The translations under genes and the position numbers were made by a program. The notes beneath the pieces were generated by a model. That model searched no databases and was not told the DNA's origin. It worked only from the letters and a program-made list of their open reading frames with translations. Shown in pieces: positions 35,253 to 45,915 of a stretch of 64,000 nt of DNA. The stretch lies in NCBI RefSeq assembly GCF_057098645.1, contig NZ_CM169472.1; one strand, given 5' to 3'. Each line of letters begins with the position of its first letter. Position 1 is the first letter of the stretch.

Positions 35253-36578
35253 CTACCTCTTTCCCTTTCGCGGGGGATTATTTTGCTGCTCGGTACTGGC
35301 CTGAAAGCCTTTTTGCAACATCTCATAGGCGGATTCCCGGTCCACGTCATCCTCGTACTTGCCATACACCGGAGAGTGATTAATCAAGCCATTGCGCTCA
35401 TCTTCCGTCACCGGTCCCATCCGCGAACAAGGCGCAATCACCATCGCCCGTTCCACCACAGAAGGACTTCCTTTTGCATCGAGAAACGAGATCAACGCTT
35501 CGCCCGTCCCCAGTTCCTGGATTGCCTTTTCGGTATCAAACGCCGGATTAGCCCGCATGGTTTGCGCCGCTGCCTTCACTGCTTTCTGATCTTTTGGCGT
35601 AAAAGCCCGCAAAGCGTGCTGAACGCGATTACCGAGCTGGCCGAGCACATTATCTGGAATATCAGACGGGTTTTGCGAAACGAACCAGACGCCCACGCCT
35701 TTTGAGCGAATAAGCCTTATCACCTGCTCAATCTTATCCAGCAGTACCTGCGGTGCATCGTTAAACAGCAGATGTGCTTCGTCGAAGAAAAACACCAGTT
35801 TTGGCTTCTCCAGATCGCCCGCTTCCGGCAATTGTTCATACAACTCTGAAATCATCCACAGCAGGCTGGCGGCGTACAGTTTCGGCATCTGATAAAGCTT
35901 CTCGGCGCTGAGGATATTAATAACGCCTTTACCGTTGGCATCGGTGCGCATCCAGTCTTTGATATCCAGCATCGGCTCACCAAAGAAGTGTGCTGCGCCT
36001 TGCTGTTCCAGCGACAACAGCCCGCGCTGGATGGCACCAACCGATGCGCTACTGATATTACCGTACTGATTCTGGAAAGATTTGGCGTTATCGCCGATGT
36101 ACTGGGTAATTGCCCGTAGATCTTTAAAGTCGAGCAGTAACAGCCCCTGATCGTCAGCAATGCGGAAAATGATATTCAGCACGCCAGATTGCACATCGTT
36201 GAGATTCAACAGCCGCGCCAGCAACAGCGGCCCCAGATCCGAAACCGTCGCCCGCACCGGGTGGCCTTTCTCGCCAAAGATATCCCACACCACCACCGGA
36301 TTGGCATGCGGTTGCCAGTCATTGACGCCGATATTTTTAAGCCTTGTGAGCAGTTTTTCCGACGCCGTTCCTGCCTGCGCGATACCGGTCAGATCGCCTT
36401 TCACATCAGCCATAAACACCGGAACACCGATTTCCGATAGAGACTCCGCCAGTTTTTGCAGCGTGACAGTTTTACCCGTCCCCGTTGCGCCAGTAATCAG
36501 CCCGTGACGGTTAGCCATTCCCGGCAGTAAAAATAGTTCTGTGTCCGGCGTGCGGGCAATTAACAGGGGTTCGCTCAT
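35253..36578 (-). CDS. yjgR: DUF853 P-loop NTPase YjgR, apparently frameshifted near the 3' end (C-terminal 58 codons continue in another frame to 35077)
   Basis: Walker A GATGTGKT; start assumed at [10 protein letters not shown]; the region 35077-35252 encodes a plausible C-terminus ...[12 protein letters not shown] in a different frame. Confidence 0.75.
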   Translation of the reverse strand: MSEPLLIARTPDTELFLLPGMANRHGLITGATGTGKTVTLQKLAESLSEIGVPVFMADVKGDLTGIAQAGTASEKLLTRLKNIGVNDWQPHANPVVVWDIFGEKGHPVRATVSDLGPLLLARLLNLNDVQSGVLNIIFRIADDQGLLLLDFKDLRAITQYIGDNAKSFQNQYGNISSASVGAIQRGLLSLEQQGAAHFFGEPMLDIKDWMRTDANGKGVINILSAEKLYQMPKLYAASLLWMISELYEQLPEAGDLEKPKLVFFFDEAHLLFNDAPQVLLDKIEQVIRLIRSKGVGVWFVSQNPSDIPDNVLGQLGNRVQHALRAFTPKDQKAVKAAAQTMRANPAFDTEKAIQELGTGEALISFLDAKGSPSVVERAMVIAPCSRMGPVTEDERNGLINHSPVYGKYEDDVDRESAYEMLQKGFQASTEQQNNPPRKGKR

Positions 36579-36707
36579 GAGATTTCCTCCAGTTTCCTGC
36601 CTGGAGTATAGGCAACGGCTGCGCACTCTTCACCGCTAAATTCAGCAGATTGCGAGACGCCTTCCAAAGAGATTTAAGTGCCGGGCGACAGGCACCCGGC
36701 AAAGGGA

Positions 36708-37727
36708 TCAGAAGTCGGCTTTCAGGACCACTCGGTAGCGCGCTTTACCATCGCGTACATGCTGAATGGCGTCGTTAATTTTCGACATCGGGAACAGTTC
36801 GGTAGTCGGCACAACCTTGCTGCGGGCGGCAAAGCGCATCAGCTTACGCAACTCATAAGGTGTACCGGTAGCAGAGCCAGAGACACTGCGATCGCCCGCA
36901 ATCAGCGTAAAGGCCGGAACCGGCAACGGCGTGAGAACCGCACCGATTGTATGGAAATTACCGCCATAGGTCAGCGCCTCAAAATAAGGCTGCCAGTCGA
37001 GGCTGACGTTGACGGTGTTGATAATGAGATCAAACTGCCCCGCCAGTGCTTTCAGTGCCTGTGGATCGCGGCTATTCACCACTTTATCGGCACCCATCGC
37101 CAGTACTTCCTGCTCTTTCGCCGGATTAGAACTAAAGGCTGTCACCTCGCATCCCATTGCGTGCAGAAGTTTTATAGCGATATGCCCCAGCCCGCCAATA
37201 CCAATTACCCCAACGCGGCTGGTAGCAGTGATATGGTGCATCAACAGTGGTTTAAAGACCGTGATACCGCCGCACAACAGCGGCCCGGCGGACTCGATAT
37301 CAATATTTTCTGGCAGTGGAATCACCCATTGCCAGTCCGCACGCAACTTCTCGGCAAAGCCACCGCGATTCATAATCGTCGGCACCGCACCTTGCTCGCA
37401 GTTGATCTGATTACCGCTAATACAGGCATCGCAATGCCCGCAGCTGCGTGCCGTCCAGCCAATCCCGACACGCTGACCGACCTGCAAACCTTTATCCTGC
37501 GCGGCGCTCCCGAGCGCCACCACGCGACCAATCACCTCATGCCCGGCAACCAGCGGATATTGCGAAAATCCCCATTCGTTATCGATCATCGACAGATCGG
37601 AATGGCAGATCCCGCAGTAATCCACCTGCACTTCAACATCTTGTGGCTTCAGCTCACCGGGATCGTACTCATAAACTTCCAGTTCGCCGCCCGCTTCTTT
37701 TGCGGCATAGCTTTTTATCATCGACAT
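36708..37727 (-). CDS. ahr: NADPH-dependent aldehyde reductase (zinc alcohol dehydrogenase family)
   Basis: 339-aa MDR with zinc motif GHEVIG and Rossmann GIGGLGH. Confidence 0.9.
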   Translation of the reverse strand: MSMIKSYAAKEAGGELEVYEYDPGELKPQDVEVQVDYCGICHSDLSMIDNEWGFSQYPLVAGHEVIGRVVALGSAAQDKGLQVGQRVGIGWTARSCGHCDACISGNQINCEQGAVPTIMNRGGFAEKLRADWQWVIPLPENIDIESAGPLLCGGITVFKPLLMHHITATSRVGVIGIGGLGHIAIKLLHAMGCEVTAFSSNPAKEQEVLAMGADKVVNSRDPQALKALAGQFDLIINTVNVSLDWQPYFEALTYGGNFHTIGAVLTPLPVPAFTLIAGDRSVSGSATGTPYELRKLMRFAARSKVVPTTELFPMSKINDAIQHVRDGKARYRVVLKADF

Positions 37728-37922
37728 TTTTTGGTCCTTCTCTGGTGTTGTCTGGGAAGTGTAGAGCATGGCAGGGCGGGGTGCCTGGAGTGTGACAAAG
37801 GTTACACATCGCTGAGTGTAATGCTGAAAATTTCAACACTTAGCGAGGTGCGAGCAAGCTGGCGCTTGCATGGTGGCGTGCGACAGGTATAATCCACAAC
37901 GTTTTCCGCATACCTCTTCAGT

Positions 37923-38007
37923 GCCGAAGTGGCGAAATCGGTAGACGCAGTTGATTCAAAATCAACCGTAGAAATACGTGCCGGTTCGAGTCCGGCCTTC
38001 GGCACCA
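37923..38007 (+). tRNA. leuX: tRNA-Leu (anticodon CAA)
   Basis: 85-nt sequence GCCGAAGTGGCGAAATCGGTAGACGCAGTTGATTCAAAATCAACCGTAGAAATACGTGCCGGTTCGAGTCCGGCCTTCGGCACCA with long variable arm. Confidence 0.95.
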
Positions 38008-38171
38008 TTATTACTTCCAAGTCCATCCGAGTAAGTCCGATTATCCATTAAAAATCAATACTTTCAGCGATTTCTACGATCTTGGATCGTCCGAGGTTGT
38101 CCGTTGAAATCCGGATGTCATTGGGGGCATAATTGGGGGCATCTTAACTTCGATTAGAAATGTGCCCCCAA

Positions 38172-39446
38172 ATGAAGCTCAATGCTAGACAAGTCGAGAC
38201 AGCAAAGCCAAAAGACAAAAGCTACAAAATGGCCGATGGCGGCGGTTTGTATCTCGAGGTTTCGGCCAAGGGGTCTAAATACTGGCGCATGAAATACCGA
38301 CGCCCCTCTGACAAAAAAGAGGATCGCCTCGCTTTTGGTGTTTGGCCGACCGTGACGCTTGCTGAAGCTAGAACGAGGAGGGATGAAGCGAAAAAGTTGC
38401 TGGCGCAAGGTATAGATCCAAAAGCAGTACAGAAAGAGGCTCAAGCAGAGAATGCTGGTGCTTATAATTTTGAAACTATTGCTCGTGAATGGCACGCCAG
38501 CAACAAACGTTGGAGTGAGGATCATCGGGCGCGTGTTCTTCGCTATCTAGAGCTGTATATCTTTCCTTATATTGGCTTGTCTGATATCCGACAGCTTAAA
38601 ACTAGCCATCTTTTAGCACCGATAAAAAAAGTTGATGCCAGTGGTAAGCATGATGTGGCGCAGCGTCTTCAGCAACGTGTTACTGCTATTATGCGCTATG
38701 CCGTACAGAACGATTATATAGATTCAAATCCTGCAAGTGATATGGCTGGTGCGTTATCGACAGCTAAAACGCGGCACTATCCAGCTCTACCATCACATCG
38801 TTTTCCTGAGTTCTTAGCACGTCTTGCTGCATATCGTGGTCGTATGATGACGAAAATTGCGGTTGAACTTTCTTTATTAACATTTGTTCGTTCCAGTGAG
38901 CTACGTTTCGCTCGCTGGGATGAATTCGACTTCGATAAATCTCTATGGCGTATACCTGCAAAACGCGAGGAAATTAAAGGCGTACGTTACTCATATAGAG
39001 GAATGAAGATGAAGGAAGAGCATCTCGTTCCACTTAGTAGGCAAGCGATAGGGTTGTTGGAGCAGTTAAAGCAGATTAGTGGTGATAAGACGCTGCTTTT
39101 CCCTGGGGATCATGACGCAACTAAGGTTATGAGTGAGAACACTGTTAATAATGCATTGCGTGCGATGGGCTATGATACGAAAACAGAAGTTTGCGGACAT
39201 GGTTTTAGGACAATGGCACGTGGTGCGTTAGGAGAGTCAGGATTATGGAGTGATGATGCTATTGAACGCCAATTGAGCCATTCGGAACGTAATAATGTGC
39301 GAGCTGCGTATATTCATACGTCTGAGCATTTAGATGAGCGCAGACTAATGGTCCAATGGTGGGCAGATTATCTTTATTCCAACAGAGAGAAGCATATCTC
39401 TGCTTTTGAATTTGCAAATAAACTTAATAAAAATAGCCTTGATTAA
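38172..39446 (+). CDS. intB: P4-type tyrosine integrase
   Basis: N-terminus MKLNARQVETAKPKDKSYKMADGGGLYLEV... typical of P4-family integrases, directly downstream of tRNA-Leu. Confidence 0.9.
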   Translation: MKLNARQVETAKPKDKSYKMADGGGLYLEVSAKGSKYWRMKYRRPSDKKEDRLAFGVWPTVTLAEARTRRDEAKKLLAQGIDPKAVQKEAQAENAGAYNFETIAREWHASNKRWSEDHRARVLRYLELYIFPYIGLSDIRQLKTSHLLAPIKKVDASGKHDVAQRLQQRVTAIMRYAVQNDYIDSNPASDMAGALSTAKTRHYPALPSHRFPEFLARLAAYRGRMMTKIAVELSLLTFVRSSELRFARWDEFDFDKSLWRIPAKREEIKGVRYSYRGMKMKEEHLVPLSRQAIGLLEQLKQISGDKTLLFPGDHDATKVMSENTVNNALRAMGYDTKTEVCGHGFRTMARGALGESGLWSDDAIERQLSHSERNNVRAAYIHTSEHLDERRLMVQWWADYLYSNREKHISAFEFANKLNKNSLD

Positions 39447-39613
39447 GTCTCCGCTTAGTTTGAACTAGCCTTCATCAACAGCAATGCTTGTGTCTTTTTA
39501 ACCTTCACTTAACAACTTCTTAGGCAATTATTCCATTGCTTTTAAAAACTAAGTATTCCTTAGTAATTTCGAGTGTAAAAAGTGCAAACCTACCTCCAAA
39601 AAGAGGATTTTCG

Positions 39614-39817
39614 ATGCTTCCAATTAGGTTAAAAAAAGCCCGATTGAATGCTGGGTTAACTCAAGAACAGTTGGGAATACTTGTTGGCATTGATGAATGC
39701 TCTGCCAGTGCTCGCATGAATCAATATGAGAAAGGTAAACATATGCCCGATTTTTCACTTACTAAAAAAATCGCTGATTTATTAAATGTCCCTGTCTCAT
39801 ATTTTTACACACCCTAA
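39614..39817 (+). CDS. XRE-family HTH protein, candidate restriction-modification controller (C protein)
   Basis: 67-aa ORF LKKARLNAGLTQEQLGILVGIDECSASARMNQYEKG..., SD aagagga upstream; precedes a putative R gene. Confidence 0.55.
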   Translation: MLPIRLKKARLNAGLTQEQLGILVGIDECSASARMNQYEKGKHMPDFSLTKKIADLLNVPVSYFYTP

Positions 39818-39911
39818 GATGACTTGGCAGAAATTATTTTGTTGATTAATAAACTAGACAAAAAACAGCGGTTAATTTTATTAAAAAATTTATCAGATGG
39901 ATTTATAAGTC

Positions 39912-40730
39912 ATGAATAAGCAAGAAGTTATACTTAAAGTGCAGGAGTGTGCTGCGTGGTGGATTTTGGAGAGACAAAGTAAACTAACAAAGTTAATGTC
40001 AGAAACAATGTCCATAAATCCGTTTATGACCCCTTTTATTTTTGATTATCATTCCCTTAATGATTTTGATGAACTAGTTGAAGCAATAATTGCTAAGCAT
40101 TTAATGACTGGGCATGATACTGGCTTTGGAAAATTGATTGATGAAAAAATACTTCCTAGAGTGTTTGGTGCATATAAATTAGATAAAAGTTATAGAGCTG
40201 CCAACGAGCCTTTTATACACCCTTGCTTTGATGAAATAGATCATGTAATACAAAGGGATGATGGTAGAATTGAGCTTTTATCTCTTAAGGCAGGGAAATG
40301 GACTATTCAATTGACGATGGCTGTCCAACTAAATAAAGCATTTCACGAAATCATAAATAATTATCCTGGAGTGGCTGACAATATAGTGGTTGGGGTTTTT
40401 TATGGAAATAGCCATGGATTAACTGATAAGTATAGAATCTTACGAGGTATCAATACTGGTGCAAACCACAATGTGATTGATATTCGTGACAAAGTGCATG
40501 TATATGCTGGTAAAGAATTTTGGTCATGGCTTAACAATGGTGAGGCTGAAACCCAGCATTGGGTACTTGAAGGTATAGAACGTGCTGTAAAAGAAGCAGA
40601 TATAAAAGAAAAAAATAAAGATCTTATTGAAAAATTCAAAGAACATGTTGCAAAGAAGTACAATGAGCAAGTTCTAAATGCTGATGGCACAGCTCAATGG
40701 CACAAATTACTTGAAATGATTAATGAATAA
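39912..40730 (+). CDS. uncharacterised protein, candidate type II restriction endonuclease (by context)
   Basis: 272-aa AT-rich ORF convergent with a C5-MTase and preceded by a C-protein-like HTH; possible PD-(D/E)xK-like segment DEIDHVIQRDDGRIELLSLK. Confidence 0.4.
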   Translation: MNKQEVILKVQECAAWWILERQSKLTKLMSETMSINPFMTPFIFDYHSLNDFDELVEAIIAKHLMTGHDTGFGKLIDEKILPRVFGAYKLDKSYRAANEPFIHPCFDEIDHVIQRDDGRIELLSLKAGKWTIQLTMAVQLNKAFHEIINNYPGVADNIVVGVFYGNSHGLTDKYRILRGINTGANHNVIDIRDKVHVYAGKEFWSWLNNGEAETQHWVLEGIERAVKEADIKEKNKDLIEKFKEHVAKKYNEQVLNADGTAQWHKLLEMINE

Positions 40731-40767
40731 AAAACTGGCCTAAGGGCCAGTTTTTTTATGACTAATT

Positions 40768-42021
40768 CTAAACTTCTTCTTCAAGGTCGTAGTAAGAAAC
40801 ATCTCCACTATATGCTTGACCATTTTTAAAGAAAGATCTGGTTCTAATATGCGGTCTAATATGGGTTTCTATATAATCTGGAGTTACTAAATCAGCAACC
40901 TTATTTTCTTGTATACGATGAAGAAGTTCCATAGCAGCTTCCCCTGCAACTTTACCTAACCGGACAGGAACTGCGTTACCTATCTGTCTGAATTTTTCTG
41001 TAGTTGTACCTTCAAATTTCCAGTAATCAGGAAACTCTTGTATCGCGGCAGCTTCACCAACAGAAATAGCTCTAAGTTCAGTTGGGTGGCACATACTTGT
41101 TCCCGCATGATTTGGCATTGTTACTACTGTGGGTGAAGGAAACTGGAAAGATAGTTTCCTCCAGTAAGCACTTCTTCCTCCTTTAAGATACCAGCTTTTT
41201 CCCATAGATTCTTTTTGCATTTCTTCTGGCATGCTTCTCCAGTTTCCGCCAGGTGGAACCATTGAAAGATATTTCAGTTTTCTTGGCGAAAAATTCATGA
41301 CTTCTGGATATTTATCAACAAAACCGCTCTCTGGGCCAATTACATCCCCCAGCGTTTTGAATGGCGGAAGATTATCTTCTACTCTATTGCTGAATAAAGG
41401 GGAGGCGAAATTGGCTATCATTCCGAAGCGATTACCAATTAAAATAACACGCTCCCTAATTTGTGGGGCTCCATAGTTGGCAGCATTAACTACAAAGCAA
41501 TCCACATGATAACCTAGTTTATTGAATTCGTTAGCTACCCTTTTTATTAGAGAGCCTTTTTCGAAAGCAGATGCTGCGATTGTGCCTGATAGCTCCTTCT
41601 TTTTAGAAGCTGGAACTATAGACATTGATAATAAACCGCGTACGTTTTCCATTACGAAAACTTTTGGGTTTAATTCTTTAATCATTCGAACGTATTCGAA
41701 AATAAGCTGCCCTCTGGCATCTTCTAGCCCTAACCTATTTCCAAAAACACTAAATGCTTGGCACGGTGGACCGCCAGCAACTAAATCTATTTCTTCTTTA
41801 TCATTCACTCCGGCTAGTGCTAATAATTCAGAGCCAGTGCAGTCAACAATACTACCTTCGAATACAGCAAGATTTGGCTTATTAGTTTTAATTGTTTTTA
41901 GAGCTGCCTTATCTTGTTCAACGCAAGCTACGAGCTCAAAGCCAGCCTCTTCGAGACCTAAGTCTAACCCCATTGCGCCACTAAATAGCGAAATAAACTT
42001 TTTACTAGACAAAATAATCAC
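40768..42021 (-). CDS. DNA (cytosine-5)-methyltransferase
   Basis: 417-aa ORF with motif I FSGAMG, motif IV GGPPCQAFS, motif VI ENV. Confidence 0.85.
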   Translation of the reverse strand: MIILSSKKFISLFSGAMGLDLGLEEAGFELVACVEQDKAALKTIKTNKPNLAVFEGSIVDCTGSELLALAGVNDKEEIDLVAGGPPCQAFSVFGNRLGLEDARGQLIFEYVRMIKELNPKVFVMENVRGLLSMSIVPASKKKELSGTIAASAFEKGSLIKRVANEFNKLGYHVDCFVVNAANYGAPQIRERVILIGNRFGMIANFASPLFSNRVEDNLPPFKTLGDVIGPESGFVDKYPEVMNFSPRKLKYLSMVPPGGNWRSMPEEMQKESMGKSWYLKGGRSAYWRKLSFQFPSPTVVTMPNHAGTSMCHPTELRAISVGEAAAIQEFPDYWKFEGTTTEKFRQIGNAVPVRLGKVAGEAAMELLHRIQENKVADLVTPDYIETHIRPHIRTRSFFKNGQAYSGDVSYYDLEEEV

Positions 42022-42337
42022 CTACATACTTAGCAGCCAAATACTAGGATATTGTAAAGGATTAACACTAATCCTCAACTCAAGTTTCAGGGATCTTAGC
42101 AGAATCTGCTTTGCAAGGATTCTATGAATGTAAATTAATAGATACTGGCGCGCAGTGCTTTCCCCGCCTCGCCCGCCCGCTTTGCAGGGCGGTTTTAATG
42201 CAGTTGCACAGTCACGCTCAGGCTGCGCCGGGAATGGCGCGGTCTGCAGAGAATGAGGCAGGAAAACGCATGCAAAGCCATGCACCTTATCGATGCATGG
42301 CTTTTTTCAGTAAAAACGGGAGGATTTTCGGGGAATT

Positions 42338-42910
42338 TTACACAGACTGACGTGATGCCAGTTGCGCACTTTTACGCGAAAAAATCATGTTCTGCGCAGG
42401 GGTGAATTTTTCACGGCTGTCATCCACCGAAGCCGCGTCAGGCCTGAATCCGATGGTCGTTAAAATGTCGCTATCCTGTGCGGAATAATTAATTTTTTCA
42501 CCCTTCGCAAGCCAGGACAGGAGGGCTTCACGCAGGGCATCTGTGGCACGCTGTATGGCACAGTTTCGGGCAATGGCCGTCAGCTCACTGTAGCCCATCA
42601 GCTCCGGTGCCAGTGCCGCCGCCAGTGCTGTGCCGTGCTGCTGCATAAAATCATTCAGCCGATCGCGGATGCTGATGTGCTGAACGGCTTCATGCGAACG
42701 AATATAACGACCGGCGGCCTGATTCACCTGCCATTTTCTGACTTCGATAATATTGCGTAATTCGTCCAGGCGACTGACGTTTCTGCCTTCTCCTGACAGA
42801 AGCCGCAGATATTCCTGTTCGGCCGCAGCCAGCTCATTTTTGCGTTGCAGCCATGCTGCTTTGTTATTCTGACAGGTGTCAAAGGCCTGCTGTAAGGCTG
42901 TGCTTTCCAT
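42338..42910 (-). CDS. psu: P4-like polarity suppression protein Psu
   Basis: 190-aa ORF at the end of the sid-delta-psu operon, length and position as in P4. Confidence 0.7.
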   Translation of the reverse strand: MESTALQQAFDTCQNNKAAWLQRKNELAAAEQEYLRLLSGEGRNVSRLDELRNIIEVRKWQVNQAAGRYIRSHEAVQHISIRDRLNDFMQQHGTALAAALAPELMGYSELTAIARNCAIQRATDALREALLSWLAKGEKINYSAQDSDILTTIGFRPDAASVDDSREKFTPAQNMIFSRKSAQLASRQSV

Positions 42911-42983
42911 CGTTATCTCTTTCTCATCATGCTGAAGAATAAAAATACGGTGTGCGGCGACGGCCGGGGTTAACCGGCAGCCC

Positions 42984-43484
42984 TCATTCCAGACGCAGCG
43001 AATATGATTGTGTTTTTAACCGTACTGGCGGCAGTTCCTGTTTTTCATGCAGGCTTTCTGCCAGTTCGTCCGGCGTGACCGGGCGGACAATGAAGCGGTT
43101 GATGGTCTGAAGCGTTTTAAACACCAGACCACAGCCCGGATCCGTGCACACATAAAAACGCTCGGTGACTTCCTGAGACAGACGCCGCGATGTTCTTGAC
43201 AGCGCAAGGCCTTTACATCTCCGACAACAATATCCGGTAACAAGCATTCTTTTCGGGCGCTTCATGCTACCGGAGGCTGACGTCAGTGAATCGCGGTATC
43301 TCTGTTTGCCTGAAATGTATTCCATTCCTGAATCTTTACAGTCAGAGAAAAAGCTTTCACTCGCTTCAAATGTCGCAGAGCAATAAATATTCCGGCACTG
43401 TGCAATCATTATCTTGGTGCCATCGTCCATGAAATGTGCGCGACGGGTGTGAGCAACATGTCCACACGACGGGCAGTAAATCAT
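42984..43484 (-). CDS. delta: P4-like Delta late-gene activator (tandem Ogr-type zinc finger)
   Basis: 166-aa ORF with two CxxC...CxxxxC zinc-finger units (CPSCGH...CRNIYC and CCRRC...CTDPGC). Confidence 0.8.
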   Translation of the reverse strand: MIYCPSCGHVAHTRRAHFMDDGTKIMIAQCRNIYCSATFEASESFFSDCKDSGMEYISGKQRYRDSLTSASGSMKRPKRMLVTGYCCRRCKGLALSRTSRRLSQEVTERFYVCTDPGCGLVFKTLQTINRFIVRPVTPDELAESLHEKQELPPVRLKTQSYSLRLE

Positions 43485-44215
43485 GACAGCAGTCCTCTGG
43501 CCTTAAGCACTGCTCCCTGCTGGTCTATTTTGTCCTGCCACACCTTGCGCTGTGCCGGTGTGCCTGCCACCTCATAATCCATGTGCGGGAGTGTTGCCGC
43601 TGACAGTCCGGTCAGCCGGAGAACCGGCTCGCCGGTGAGGCTGATTTGCATCTGTTTTATTTTCTGTTCCAGCGATGATTTCACCTGCTGCATGACAGCT
43701 TTATCGGGTGCGACGTAGCCCTGATGCCCGGTGGTGTTGGCGAGCGGATTTTCCTGTACCAGAATGCTCAGATGCATTGCCCGGACAAGCGCCTCACAGG
43801 TTTCATTCAGGGCGTGTTCCAGCTCATGCTCTGCATACAGACTCAGAAGGTGATGATGTGCCTTCCGGTAGGCGGTGGCCGTGCTGTCACACGCCCCTTT
43901 CAGGCGTTCACGTTCGAAATTCAGCACCACGGCCAGATTGTCATATTCCTGTACCAGCTCCCGGCGTGCCACGCGCTCAATGTGGCGCTGTTTCAGCTCG
44001 TCGCTCAGGACACCACCGGCTGCACGAAAGGCCGTGCGCCAGTCGTCAGCGTCGTTTCCGTCGGCCTGCGCCAGCGCATTTTTTTCCTGCTCTGCCCGTT
44101 CAATGGCCGTGACGGTCTCATCCATCAGTCGGGCGTTCTCAAGGTGGGCGGCTCTGGCCTTTTCCAGTTGTGCCAGTGCGGGTTGCAGATATTCAGGGAT
44201 GGTGTTGTCAGACAT
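43481..44215 (-). CDS. sid: P4-like Sid capsid size determination protein
   Basis: About 244-aa coiled-coil ORF upstream of delta; start assumed at MSDNTIPEYL. Confidence 0.7.
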   Translation of the reverse strand: MSDNTIPEYLQPALAQLEKARAAHLENARLMDETVTAIERAEQEKNALAQADGNDADDWRTAFRAAGGVLSDELKQRHIERVARRELVQEYDNLAVVLNFERERLKGACDSTATAYRKAHHHLLSLYAEHELEHALNETCEALVRAMHLSILVQENPLANTTGHQGYVAPDKAVMQQVKSSLEQKIKQMQISLTGEPVLRLTGLSAATLPHMDYEVAGTPAQRKVWQDKIDQQGAVLKARGLLS

Positions 44216-44287
44216 TTTCCGGCTCCTCGTCACTTCAGGTTAAGAAAATTGTGACGTACACCGGACAACAACACGACGCATTGCAGA

Positions 44288-44305
44288 TGTGCCAGCCCTG
44301 ACACA
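44288..44305 (-). promoter_or_regulatory. TGT-N12-ACA dyad, candidate Ogr/Delta activator site of the sid late promoter
   Basis: tgtgccagccctgacaca about 70-90 bp upstream of the sid start, matching the P2/P4 late promoter activator-site pattern. Confidence 0.45.
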
Positions 44306-44384
44306 GGAGACTCATCCTCAGACCGGCAAGCCAGGAAAAGGTCGCAGGAAAAACCGGCTTACTGTTTGTTTTTTTATATTTTAC

Positions 44385-44478
44385 TGTTCACCTCTGTTCA
44401 CCATAAGAAAAAAGATAAGTAATACAGTAAGTTAAATGGTGAACAATCGCAGTAATGACTGTTCACCGTCTGTTCACC
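44385..44478. repeat. P4 ori-like cluster of TGTTCACC iterons (alpha-binding type I repeats)
   Basis: Five TGTTCACC/GGTGAACA octamers within 95 bp. Confidence 0.6.
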
Positions 44479-44804
44479 CGTTGATGGACTTTTTGTGCTG
44501 TTTACTACTGTTTATTTTTATTAATTCACTGAAATAAATAAGAAAAAACAATTTGTATTTCACTATAATTTTTTCCAGCTCCTTCCAGAGCGTTTTAAAG
44601 CTATCTGGCGCTGATATACAAAAAATGCACAGCCATTGTAAGGCTGCCGGAACAAATCCCCCCTGTTGCGTCTGCCAAAAATATTCACAAAATAAAGCGC
44701 TACCCGAAGCCGGACGGACTTATCCGGTGCTGTATGGACATTAACGAGGTAGCCCGATGCAAGCTGTTTTTTCTTCCCCGTCTCCCGCCCCTGTGACGCC
44801 ACTG

Positions 44805-45023
44805 ATGCCGCTGCCGGACATCACGCAGGAGCGTTTTTTACGTCTGCCGGAAGTGATGCACCTGTGCGGCCTGTCACGCTCGACCATCTATGAACTCATC
44901 CGTAAGGGGGAATTTCCGCCGCAGGTGAGTCTTGGCGGTAAAAATGTGGCCTGGCTGCACTCTGAAGTCACCGCATGGATGGCCGGACGCATTGCCGGAC
45001 GCAAACGGGGGTACGACGCATGA
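44805..45023 (+). CDS. AlpA/Vis-family phage transcriptional regulator
   Basis: [51 protein letters not shown] matches AlpA-type HTH. Confidence 0.75.
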   Translation: MPLPDITQERFLRLPEVMHLCGLSRSTIYELIRKGEFPPQVSLGGKNVAWLHSEVTAWMAGRIAGRKRGYDA

Positions 45024-45412
45024 TAGTGCCCGCTCTGCAAAAACTCCCTTTTTCTGGCTTGCCTTTTTCCGGCATTTGCGGATATAGTTTTTCCGCTGCC
45101 GCAAAATCGGCAGCCGGGCGTGAGAACCCGTGTAGCTCGAAGGCGACATATGACGCGCCATGCGTCTTTTTTTGTGTCGCAATCAACGCCACAGAGCGCC
45201 AGATTATGGTGTGGCGTGTGGTTTGCCGTGCAGGTATGATCCTGTTCGCAATCGCATGTTATGCCACTGAGTCAATGGTAGCTCAGGCGGGGCAGCCTCC
45301 GGGCTGGCCGGTATTCTTCGAGGCCGGTATTCTCACCCCCGTCTGGGCTATCGCCATCGAGCGTGAGAACTCCGGCGATAGCAGTTATTTGCTACTCGAA
45401 GGAGGCTGCCTT

Positions 45413-45610
45413 ATGGCTACAACCCTTACCCCCTCACACCCTGAATTTGTCTTTGTGTTTGCGGCTGTCCGTCGCGCAGACCGTCATCCCCGTATCTGCA
45501 TGCTTCGCACCGTCGCCGGTGATGAACGCAGCGCCCGCCGTTCCCTTGTCCGTGACTATGTGCTCTCCCTTGCTGCCCGTCTGCCGGTGGTGGAGGTGTC
45601 CCGTGCGTAA
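45413..45610 (+). CDS. small hypothetical protein of the P4-like early region
   Basis: 65-codon ORF with strong SD ggagg 8 nt upstream; the longer listed ORF 44975..45610 is rejected. Confidence 0.35.
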   Translation: MATTLTPSHPEFVFVFAAVRRADRHPRICMLRTVAGDERSARRSLVRDYVLSLAARLPVVEVSRA

Positions 45611-45915
45611 TAAAAGCCCCTCAGACCGTCTCAGCGCGTCATGACGCCCGTGAACACCTCAGCATTGAGGCTTACCATAAGCTCAACCGCGCCAGCGCCG
45701 TATCCCGGTTTGTTGCAAAATGGCATCTGAATCGATCGCAGTTTGGCATTCGAATCGATCATGATTTGGCATCCATCTCCGATCACAGTTTGGCATCACA
45801 ATCGATCACGATTTGGCATGCTTCCGATCATTGATTGGCATCCTGCCAGTCACTCCGGGAATTAACTCTTTTCACCACAGTCTCCATTGCCGTGTTTAAA
45901 CCAGTGGAGACGTCA

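Noticed and set aside
36678-37892. 404-aa + strand ORF
   Set aside because: Antisense to ahr; no SD and no recognisable protein features.
42150-42200. GC-rich hairpin CCGCCC-N8-GGGCGG followed by TTTT on the + strand
   Set aside because: Terminator-like on the + strand, but no + strand gene ends nearby (psu and the MTase are both on the minus strand); function unclear, so not annotated.
43708-44254. Several overlapping + strand ORFs (122-176 aa) within sid
   Set aside because: Antisense frames in a GC-rich coding region; the P4-like sid-delta-psu operon on the minus strand explains the region.
44975-45610. 211-aa ORF downstream of the AlpA-like gene
   Set aside because: Overlaps the AlpA-like gene end and lacks a plausible start; only the last 65 codons, preceded by a strong SD, were kept as a low-confidence gene.
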